DNA from: a virus
Taxonomy: Duplodnaviria > Caudoviricetes
Strand: one strand, 5' to 3'
DNA: 32,137 bases
Virus record (IMG/VR): IMGVR_UViG_3300037424_000884
Span: 1-32,137 of that record
Shown: one piece after another, positions 1-7,020 of the stretch
Numbering within the stretch: position 1 is the stretch's first letter
How the letters are laid out: each line of letters opens with the position of its first letter
Notes under the pieces: model-generated
Told to the model about the DNA's origin: nothing
The model's database searches: none
The model's input: the letters and a program-made list of their open reading frames with translations, nothing else
Translations under genes and position numbers: made by a program

Positions 1-1014
1 GTCTTGGCTCAGGTTCATGAACCGATTGCCGAGCGCGCTTCCGGAGAGCTCTTCGAGCTGCTCTCGTTTGCCGGCAGCTGGAGGCACCCCGCCAGGGATG
101 TCACTCAGGCTGTTTACCGGCGGCCGTTTATCACTTGCAGGCGCTTGTGTTTCCTTCTTTGTGCTTGTAGCCGTTGACGCAGGCGGGGTGTCCTTCGCTG
201 CCGTCTCCGGCACCGCGTACTCGGGGTTCATCACGCGCACCAGCTCGACCACTTTCTCGAACCGGTCTGCGAAAGTCTTCTCCGCCCACTCGGGTTTGGC
301 ACGCAGCATCGCGTCCATGTCCACCGCGGCCTGCCACTCGGGTCCGTTCTTCGACTGCCAGAGGGTGAGGGCGGGGTTGCCGTCGATCGCCTCCTGCAGC
401 GTTTCCTGGACCTTTGCCTGGTCGTCGGCTTCGCGCGTCGCGCGCTCGCTGGCCTGTTGCGTCTGCAGATCGACCAGCTGCTGGCGCGTGGCCTGCAACA
501 TCGTGATCTGCCCGTTCATCAGTTCGGCCAGCTCGGGGAACTCGTCCTTCAGCTGCTCGACCTTGGCCTGCATCGCCGTGATCTGGTCGTCCACCTCACC
601 GGTGGCGGCCTTGGTCTCGGCGACCGTGGTCGTGTTGCTGTCCCGGCGCTGCGTCAGTTCGGCGAGCTGCGTGCGCAGCACCTCGTTCTGTTGCTCCACC
701 TGGGTGGCGCGCTCCCGTGCGCCCTTCAACACCGAGTAAGGGATCGTCCCCTTACCATCCTTCGTCGACACTGCGGTCGCGTGTTCCTTGGTCTCCGGCT
801 CGGTCGTCGCAGGTACTTCGGGAGTGGCTGCCGGCTCCTCGGCTTTCGCCGCGGCCACAGCATCCTCGTCCTTCGGTTCCTCGGCGGTGGTCGTCGGTTC
901 GGTGGGGGGTGCCCCCTTGCCCGTTGCCGCCAGTTCCTCCAGGGCGGCGATACCGCCCGTCGTTGCTACGTCTGCCAGTTGTTCCAGGTCCACGGTCTGC
1001 ACATCGAATGTCAC
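1..1014 (-). CDS. Putative capsid scaffolding protein (3' end truncated by the window; not in the ORF track)
   Basis: Manual translation from GTG at 1014 with GGAGG RBS (1021-1025): MTFDVQTVDLEQLAD...TKDGKGTIPYSVLKGARERA...EFPELAE...SLSDIPGG. Open to base 1, acidic, coiled-coil. Resembles the scaffold gene between portal and capsid in 933W/F116-like podoviruses. Confidence 0.7.
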   Translation of the reverse strand, partial: MTFDVQTVDLEQLADVATTGGIAALEELAATGKGAPPTEPTTTAEEPKDEDAVAAAKAEEPAATPEVPATTEPETKEHATAVSTKDGKGTIPYSVLKGARERATQVEQQNEVLRTQLAELTQRRDSNTTTVAETKAATGEVDDQITAMQAKVEQLKDEFPELAELMNGQITMLQATRQQLVDLQTQQASERATREADDQAKVQETLQEAIDGNPALTLWQSKNGPEWQAAVDMDAMLRAKPEWAEKTFADRFEKVVELVRVMNPEYAVPETAAKDTPPASTATSTKKETQAPASDKRPPVNSLSDIPGGVPPAAGKREQLEELSGSALGNRFMNLSQD

Positions 1015-1120
1015 TTGCTGCCTCCAGTACTCTTGACGCTGAGTCGCGGTAAACACCCGTCGGGTGAATGATTGGGTACTACGTTGTGTGGTCGCTTACG
1101 ACGACCAGGCGATGGGATCA

Positions 1121-1172
1121 CTTGTACCCCAGAGTCGAGAGCTGTCAATACATACAACCGAAGGCTTGTCAA
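1121..1172 (-). promoter_or_regulatory. Promoter for the scaffold/capsid operon, with upstream operator-like palindrome
   Basis: Minus strand TTGACA (1148-1143), N16, TACAAG (1126-1121). A second TTGACA at 1172-1167 overlaps ACAAC-N6-CTTGT at 1154-1169. Confidence 0.6.
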
Positions 1173-1187
1173 GGGGGTGGGGTTGGC

Positions 1188-1213
1188 AAAGAAAAAGCCG
1201 CCCTGCGGCGGCT
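1188..1213 (-). terminator. Rho-independent terminator
   Basis: Minus strand AGCCGCC-GCAG-GGCGGCT followed by TTTTCTTT, downstream of the SGNH gene. Confidence 0.75.
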
Positions 1214-1328
1214 GGTTGCACTATCAATTTGATGCTGGTTGATAGTGATTGATAGTTAACAGGTGCTCAATCACCGGCACTCGCGGGGGCGCGGTGATTT
1301 CGATGGGGGCGGAAGGTGCGGGAGTTCA

Positions 1329-3056
1329 TCAGGCAATATCCTGCACGTTAACCTTCCTGAAGGTGTGCCGTCCGAACGATACCGTGCTGCTGCACACCCC
1401 TCTATGGCCGACACGGGTATATGTATTAACTGATGCCGTTGATGGGGAAATTGGGATTTTTGGTGTGCGCAATGTAAACACCGTATCCTCAGTTATGAAC
1501 TGCCCGATGTCTTGCGTGTAGTTTGGAATTCCACTGTCGTACACCCATTGAGGGGTGCCGCTGATAAACCGCAGCCACAACTGCGCATTTGTTAGCAGCG
1601 TTGGGTTTGCAGCGATCTTGACTTCTGCAATAGCCTCGACAATATCGCCTACCGCAAAACCGGCAGGAAGTGTCTTGTTGGCTGTCATCGTGATCTGCGC
1701 GTTGTCACCTGCTGTACTTGCCGTATATGCCATCTGCAACCAATGCCCAGCGCCATCGGTGCGCGCCACTTTTGAACACACACCAGCCCCACCAGTGCCG
1801 AGCGCGTTCGCGGTCATGCTGTTAGATACGTCGCCTGTAATCCCCGTCCCATCCGTACCGGCAGTTCCGTATTGCATGGGATTTGGGAACAACTCGAAAT
1901 CATCCAGCCCACCAAGACCGAAGTGGTCAACAGCTTGAATATTCGCGGTGATCGCAGCCGACACAGCTTTTGCAATCAGCCAGTCTGCGGCGAGATAGGG
2001 ATGAATCCCGTCGGTTTTCTTGAGCTGCTGGCCTGATCCAGACGCGGATAGATAAGTCGTGGTGTTTTCTGGATAGACTGGATTTGCGAGGTTCGTATCA
2101 ATGTACAAGCGAGCCAGATCAACAAATATGATCTTGTCGCGATGTTGCCGCGCAAACTCATAAACTTTTTGATTGAGCCAGTACCATGCCTTTGTTCCGT
2201 CGCCTTTCGAGTATCCGGTAAATGCTGACGACGAATCAATGTTGCCGCTCGGAAGCAAAGTTGCAATAAAAGGAACAATCCCCCTGCCGATTGCCGCAAG
2301 AGCTAACCTATCATATATTTCCCAGGCCGCTTGTATTTCACTCAACGTTGGGGCGGAACCCGGCCAAGTATCATTCTCCAGCCAGTTTCCCATCCAGATA
2401 TAGTCAGGGTCATAGCTCAGGGCTTTATTGAACACAGTGCTGATTTCGGCCACCCGCAGCCCCGACAGCCCGTTGATGTAGACCTCATCAAGACGCTGCC
2501 CGGACAGCGCCTGCGCAATGTGCCACCACCCGAAGCGATATGATGGAGTGTCCGTGGTGGCTTCTGCTGTCCATACAACCGTTCCGTCTGTCACGGTGCC
2601 GCCAATGCTGGTAGGCCATTCAGGCTCATTGTCCCAGCCGCTTGCCGTTGTCCCTGCGGTAGTGCATTTGTATTGCACCGGATAAAGAACGCTCAATGTT
2701 GACGCTGGAACAACGACCGCATTTAACGCTTTTGCCGTTGCTGGAACCCATTTTGTGTTTGTTGTCATGCTGCCCGCGCCGAGCGCAACGATACTGTTGC
2801 CAAGAATCGCGACTTTGTTTTTGGAGCTATTGACCCGCTTCATAACCCCATCCGCCCCCACCAAGACGGTAGCGCCGGAGGCGTCGGTTTGGGTACCTGC
2901 CGGCTGCACCTCGGTGACCGTGAACACTGCAGGGTGTTTGCGGTAGTACGCGACGTCGGAGTCGCGGATGAAACACGCCTCCCCGACGGCTAGGTTGACG
3001 TCCTGCCCGGCGATGTCGACGGCTGGAGCAGCTTGGAGTGCGGTGACGATATACAT
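1329..3056 (-). CDS. SGNH/GDSL-family hydrolase, probably a virion-associated esterase or spike
   Basis: Block I VAILGNSI, block III W-L-E-N-D, block V DGIHP. Inserted Trp/Thr-rich module (YKCTTAGTT...EPEWPTSIGGTVTDGTVVWT) and a beta-rich C-terminus. Visibly lower GC than neighbouring genes. Confidence 0.7.
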   Translation of the reverse strand: MYIVTALQAAPAVDIAGQDVNLAVGEACFIRDSDVAYYRKHPAVFTVTEVQPAGTQTDASGATVLVGADGVMKRVNSSKNKVAILGNSIVALGAGSMTTNTKWVPATAKALNAVVVPASTLSVLYPVQYKCTTAGTTASGWDNEPEWPTSIGGTVTDGTVVWTAEATTDTPSYRFGWWHIAQALSGQRLDEVYINGLSGLRVAEISTVFNKALSYDPDYIWMGNWLENDTWPGSAPTLSEIQAAWEIYDRLALAAIGRGIVPFIATLLPSGNIDSSSAFTGYSKGDGTKAWYWLNQKVYEFARQHRDKIIFVDLARLYIDTNLANPVYPENTTTYLSASGSGQQLKKTDGIHPYLAADWLIAKAVSAAITANIQAVDHFGLGGLDDFELFPNPMQYGTAGTDGTGITGDVSNSMTANALGTGGAGVCSKVARTDGAGHWLQMAYTASTAGDNAQITMTANKTLPAGFAVGDIVEAIAEVKIAANPTLLTNAQLWLRFISGTPQWVYDSGIPNYTQDIGQFITEDTVFTLRTPKIPISPSTASVNTYTRVGHRGVCSSTVSFGRHTFRKVNVQDIA

Positions 3057-3095
3057 GGCTTTACCTCGCGCGGTGGCGGATGGGGGTTCTCTGAA

Positions 3096-3124
3096 CTTGT
3101 ATCACGAAGCGGGCGCTTGTCCAG
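3096..3124 (-). promoter_or_regulatory. Promoter with ACAAG-N15-ACAAG
   Basis: CTGGACAAGcgcccgcttcgtGATACAAG, very similar to the element upstream of terS. Confidence 0.55.
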
Positions 3125-3628
3125 TCAGGCGACCGGCTCGAACCCCGGCGCGTGGGTCTCGTTCTTCCACAGGCCGGTCTTGCTGTAGGCACACACGGCG
3201 AGATACATCTCGAGGGCGCGGCCGTCGATCGAGGCGACGACCTGGTTAATCTCGTCGCGGGCAATGCCGCTGTCGACCATCGCCTGCTCCTCGAGAAAAT
3301 TCTCCAGCCGCATCGCTTCCAGAAAAACCTGGTCGCAGGTCTCGCGCTCGATGTATCCCTGGCGACAGAGAAAGTCGTGCAGCACCGCGGCTCTCAGGTA
3401 GCGGTTGCCGTAGCGTGCGTAGATGGCGACGATCGTCGGCACGCTGGCCCCGTCGGTGCGGAATCCGAGCGGCACATAGACTGCCTGCGCCAGGTGCGTC
3501 GAGTAGTAGCCGAAGATCGCGGTCAACTGCCAGCGCGCGGTACCGTCGTTCGGGTTCCAGCGCCCGTTGTTGCGGAAGTCCCACGGCTCGACGTACTTGA
3601 GCTCGAGAGGGGACAGGAAGCTGCTCAC
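3125..3628 (-). CDS. DUF1353-family protein
   Basis: Characteristic VPxGFxTDGASVP and AAVLHDFL motifs. Confidence 0.8.
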   Translation of the reverse strand: MSSFLSPLELKYVEPWDFRNNGRWNPNDGTARWQLTAIFGYYSTHLAQAVYVPLGFRTDGASVPTIVAIYARYGNRYLRAAVLHDFLCRQGYIERETCDQVFLEAMRLENFLEEQAMVDSGIARDEINQVVASIDGRALEMYLAVCAYSKTGLWKNETHAPGFEPVA

Positions 3629-3702
3629 GGCCCGGTCACCAGGATCGCCAGCGTCAACACGGTGGCGACGATGTAGAACGAGATCATCACCCCGCGTTTC
3701 AT
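3625..3702 (-). CDS. 25-aa single-transmembrane peptide
   Basis: MKRGVMISFYIVATVLTLAILVTGP. ATGA overlap with the upstream stop and GTGA overlap with the downstream start. Confidence 0.55.
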   Translation of the reverse strand: MKRGVMISFYIVATVLTLAILVTGP

Positions 3703-4892
3703 GCCGCCTCCAGCTCGAGCATCTCGGGGGTGACTGTGATCGTCGCCGCTTTGCCGTGGTCGCGGTGGTAGACGATCGCGGTCATGCTCGAATCGGCGAT
3801 CCAGCCGTAGCGCGTCGCGTAGGAGTCTCGCGCGGCGATGGTCGTATGCTGCACCACGGTCATGCCGGCGTGCTCCTTCTCCTCCGCGTGGTGCAGGTGG
3901 CCGGTGTGGCAGTAGCGCTTGGTGCAGGAGCCCCACTCGCGCGCATACTGCGCGGCGAACAGCAGCGGCAGCTGGTCGTTCTTCTTCAGGTGGCCGTGGT
4001 GGAAGGCCAACATCACCTGGCCGTGCACGTAGACGTAGTAGGGCATCTCGGTGGTGATCACCTCGACGCGCGGCTCGTTCTCGAACAGGATGGCGAAGAT
4101 GTGGCGCAGCCACAGGGAGCCGGCGATGTCGTGGTTCCCCTCGGCCATCAGCACCACGACTTTCGCGTGCTTGGTCAGCATCAGCGCGACCGTGTAGCGC
4201 AGTATGCGAATCGCCGTCCCGATAACCTTGGAGTAGCGGCTGTCGGCGTCGAGCAGGTGCCCCGACGTCGGCGTCACCGCGGCTAGGCCGTCGAAGTGCA
4301 GGAAGTCGCCGAGCTGGCTCAGAAACCCCACGGTCGACGCGGGGGAGGTCTCGACCAGGTAGCGGATCGCGCCGCACAGGGTGCGCTCGGCGATCTCGAG
4401 GTCCCAGTCGGCGCCGGTCTCGGGAGCCCAGGCCTTCATGCCGACGTGGCAGTCGGTCAGGGTGTAGAGCGTGCACAAGTGGTCGAGCGTCGCCGTTTTC
4501 ATGCGCGCGGTCGGCTGGAATCGTGGCATCTGCGTCGTCAGCGCGTCGATCGCCGCGCGGATCGCGATGTCGCGTTGGATGCCGTCGAGCTTGCCCTTGA
4601 CCCACTGCCTGGTCAGTTGACCGTCCGTGTATTCGTTGGTGAAGCGCTCGACCACGAACGGTGCCGTGACGGGGTGCTTGAGGTCGTGGTCGGGCGCGAA
4701 GCCACGTACCGCGGCCTGTTGCGCCTCGGCCTCGAGCCCGAGTTCGGTCGCATACTGGCGCAGCCAGCGGCTCGCCGTGCTCGGGTTCTTGCCAGTTGCG
4801 CGCGCGAACGCCGTGATCTCGGGGCGGCCGGCGTCGACCCACTGCTTGAAGTAGTCGCGGATGTCGGTTTCTGGGACGGCGGGGGTCGGCAT
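3699..4892 (-). CDS. Calcineurin-like metallophosphoesterase with N-terminal HTH
   Basis: Motifs TDCH, LGDFLH, GNHD, HHGH, GHLHH. N-terminal ITAFARATGKNPSTASRWL is HTH-like. Confidence 0.8.
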   Translation of the reverse strand: MPTPAVPETDIRDYFKQWVDAGRPEITAFARATGKNPSTASRWLRQYATELGLEAEAQQAAVRGFAPDHDLKHPVTAPFVVERFTNEYTDGQLTRQWVKGKLDGIQRDIAIRAAIDALTTQMPRFQPTARMKTATLDHLCTLYTLTDCHVGMKAWAPETGADWDLEIAERTLCGAIRYLVETSPASTVGFLSQLGDFLHFDGLAAVTPTSGHLLDADSRYSKVIGTAIRILRYTVALMLTKHAKVVVLMAEGNHDIAGSLWLRHIFAILFENEPRVEVITTEMPYYVYVHGQVMLAFHHGHLKKNDQLPLLFAAQYAREWGSCTKRYCHTGHLHHAEEKEHAGMTVVQHTTIAARDSYATRYGWIADSSMTAIVYHRDHGKAATITVTPEMLELEAA

Positions 4893-4895
4893 GGG

Positions 4896-5138
4896 TCAGT
4901 TCACCTGTCGGGTGTGGTCGCCACAGCGGTGCCCGTAGGTCACCACCGGGAGCGACTGGATGGGCTCGTCTTCTTCGTTGAAACCGTGTACTTTCGGCGG
5001 GTGCAGCAGGCACTCGCCGGGCGGGTCCGCTTCGGCGGGGTGGCCGTCGTCAGGGAAACGCTCCCAGTGACAGCAGTTGCCGCAGACCCGGCGGCCGAGG
5101 GGAGTGGGGTCTTGCAGTGCCGGGGGTTTCTTGCTCAT
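4896..5138 (-). CDS. Small Cys-rich (putative Zn-binding) protein
   Basis: CGNCCHW...GECLLHPP...CGDH pattern; tightly packed in the operon. Confidence 0.6.
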   Translation of the reverse strand: MSKKPPALQDPTPLGRRVCGNCCHWERFPDDGHPAEADPPGECLLHPPKVHGFNEEDEPIQSLPVVTYGHRCGDHTRQVN

Positions 5139-5139
5139 G

Positions 5140-5616
5140 TCAGTCGGCCCCGGTGTGCCAGTCGACCAAGGTGTTCAGTCGCGCGGCGCAGGTGGCGTAG
5201 CGCTGCTGGGCTTCGGCAGCCCAGAGGACCACGTCCCTGTCAGAGGCGGCAGCTGCGGGGGGACTTTCTGCAGCAGGCTGGCCGGGGGTTTGGTAAGGAC
5301 CCCAATCGGTGCTGGGGTGCAGCAGGCCGACAGCATCAGAGCCAAGGCAGAGACGACCGGTTGTGACTTCGGGAACATGCTTGATAACCTCCACGGTACG
5401 GATGACGACGCGCCCTTCGGCGCTCGCGAGTTGGCGCGTCAGTGCATCGGCGCGCCGGTGTTCGGCGTCGGTTGCGGCAATCTGCGCCTCGAGCTGCGCG
5501 GCGTGCGCGGCTTCGGCTTTGGTGGTCGCCCAGTCCTGCCCGGCGTAAAAACCACCCCCGACCAGCGCGAGCGCCAGCAACAGCCCGGCGAGGGGGCGAT
5601 AGGCTGTTGGGATCAT
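5140..5616 (-). CDS. Rz: Rz-like inner-membrane spanin
   Basis: N-terminal TM helix, Ala-rich coiled coil, C-terminal Cys; directly follows endolysin and holin. Confidence 0.75.
   Translation of the reverse strand: MIPTAYRPLAGLLLALALVGGGFYAGQDWATTKAEAAHAAQLEAQIAATDAEHRRADALTRQLASAEGRVVIRTVEVIKHVPEVTTGRLCLGSDAVGLLHPSTDWGPYQTPGQPAAESPPAAAASDRDVVLWAAEAQQRYATCAARLNTLVDWHTGAD
5175..5378 (-). CDS. Rz1: Rz1-like outer-membrane lipoprotein spanin, embedded in Rz
   Basis: Signal peptide with lipobox LSAC and a Pro-rich mature part; lies entirely within Rz in another frame. Confidence 0.7.
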   Translation of the reverse strand: MFPKSQPVVSALALMLSACCTPAPIGVLTKPPASLLQKVPPQLPPLTGTWSSGLPKPSSATPPAPRD

Positions 5617-5849
5617 TCGGACCTCCCCTTCGAGTAGTGCGCGAACAGGAAGCCCTGCAGCGCGTTGAGCGGGACCATGATCGCGCCGAGGATCAGTGCG
5701 ACGTCACTGCCGGTGCGCGGCGAGGTGCTGGCGAAATCCATCGCCCAGCGGATCACCCACACCGTCATCACGAAGGTGCCGAGCGTCATCACCCGACGCA
5801 CGATGGCGCGGCTGTCGACGAAGTTCCAGAAGTCGGTGAGCCACTTCAT
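5613..5849 (-). CDS. Putative class II holin (two TM segments)
   Basis: MKWLTDFW...; two hydrophobic segments and a basic C-terminus. ATGA overlap with the endolysin stop. Start revised from 5945. Confidence 0.65.
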   Translation of the reverse strand: MKWLTDFWNFVDSRAIVRRVMTLGTFVMTVWVIRWAMDFASTSPRTGSDVALILGAIMVPLNALQGFLFAHYSKGRSE

Positions 5850-6262
5850 GCGAGCGTCTTCCCGGCCTGGAAGTCGGCCAGCGTCAGGCCGCCGGTGTAC
5901 TGGCAGTGCGCCAGCTCCTTGAACCGCTTCCAGCGTCCGGCCCACTCGAGCCCGACAGCTTCGGCGACCTCACCGCAACGGGTGAACAGCGCGAGGTTGG
6001 TCCAGTCCGCCTTGCCGTGGACGATCGGCACGAAGTCGAACGCCACCCGCCAGTTGTGGAAGCTCTGTCCGCCACGCGCGTTGGTCACCTTCCGTCCGGG
6101 CTTGCTCCGCCCTTGGGCGTACAGCGCGTCCTGCGACGCAGCGTCGCGGTAGGTGCTGGTGATCAGGACGTCGATGCCCTCGGCGGCACACCGGCGCACA
6201 AAGGCTTCCGCCTTCAGCCGCGCCGCTGGGTGTAGCTCGAGCAGGTCGCGGCTGTTGATCAC
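5846..6262 (-). CDS. Endolysin, M15-family L-Ala-D-Glu peptidase
   Basis: TYR...QDALYAQGR...VTNARGGQSFHN...AFD...WAGRW...AH motifs. GTG start at 6262 overlaps the upstream stop. Confidence 0.9.
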   Translation of the reverse strand: MINSRDLLELHPAARLKAEAFVRRCAAEGIDVLITSTYRDAASQDALYAQGRSKPGRKVTNARGGQSFHNWRVAFDFVPIVHGKADWTNLALFTRCGEVAEAVGLEWAGRWKRFKELAHCQYTGGLTLADFQAGKTLA

Positions 6263-6543
6263 GGCGCCGGGGTCAAATACGCGGAGCCCGAGGCTGCCGT
6301 GGTCTTGAACGCCAGCTTGTTGCCCTTCTCCAGAACGATCCGCGTCAGCTTGGTCGCCGGCAGGAACTGGTCGGTGCCGTCGGAGAGTGCCGTAGGGTTC
6401 GGTCCCTGGCGGAAGAAGCACTCGACCGTGGCGTAAACGTCGACCGCGCCACTGGCGATAGCCGACGACTGGGCCGAGGTCGAAGAGATCGCGACGGTCT
6501 CGGAGGCGCCGCCCGAGCGGGCGACCAGGTTCAGTTCACTCAT
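6259..6543 (-). CDS. Hypothetical beta-rich protein (possibly virion-associated)
   Basis: 94-aa Ser/Ala/Thr-rich ORF coupled to the endolysin start. Confidence 0.6.
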   Translation of the reverse strand: MSELNLVARSGGASETVAISSTSAQSSAIASGAVDVYATVECFFRQGPNPTALSDGTDQFLPATKLTRIVLEKGNKLAFKTTAASGSAYLTPAP

Positions 6544-6556
6544 GCTGTTTTCCTTT

Positions 6557-6754
6557 TCAGTAGGCGATCATCTGGACCGTCACGTCTTTCGCGCCGGCGT
6601 CTTCCAGCGCTTGGGTGATCTCGTCCTTGTACTTCACGTACAGCTCGGCCATGACGCCGCGTACGACCTCGATGGCGGCGCCGGTCGACTCCATCGCCAT
6701 GTTGTTGCAGCGGATCGTCGTGGCGACAGTGACCTTGCTCGCGGGTGTGCTCAC
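6557..6754 (-). CDS. Hypothetical protein (65 aa)
   Basis: GTG start overlaps the stop of the 89-aa gene (GTGA); phage-like codon usage. Confidence 0.55.
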   Translation of the reverse strand: MSTPASKVTVATTIRCNNMAMESTGAAIEVVRGVMAELYVKYKDEITQALEDAGAKDVTVQMIAY

Positions 6755-7020
6755 GGCGCGCGCTCCTCGAGCTTCTCGACGCGGCGCACCAGGTCGTTGG
6801 TGCGCGCGGTCGTCGCTTCCTTGTCCCGCCGCGCATCGTCCTGGGTGTATTGTGTCGCTTTGAATTCGCTCATCAGGCTGGTCAGCGTGTCGATCTTGGC
6901 GACGTAGGTGGCGGCGAACCACACGCCCCCCAGGGTCTGGACGGAGATCGCGAAAATGATCGCCAGCGGGATTTCCTTGCCGACGTGCCAGCGCTCGCTG
7001 CGGGGGTTCGGTTGACTCAT
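6751..7020 (-). CDS. Membrane protein with C-terminal coiled coil (possible lysis regulator or holin-like)
   Basis: Hydrophobic segment IPLAIIFAISVQTLGGVWFAATYV, then a charged coil; overlaps the portal stop. Confidence 0.6.
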   Translation of the reverse strand: MSQPNPRSERWHVGKEIPLAIIFAISVQTLGGVWFAATYVAKIDTLTSLMSEFKATQYTQDDARRDKEATTARTNDLVRRVEKLEERAP

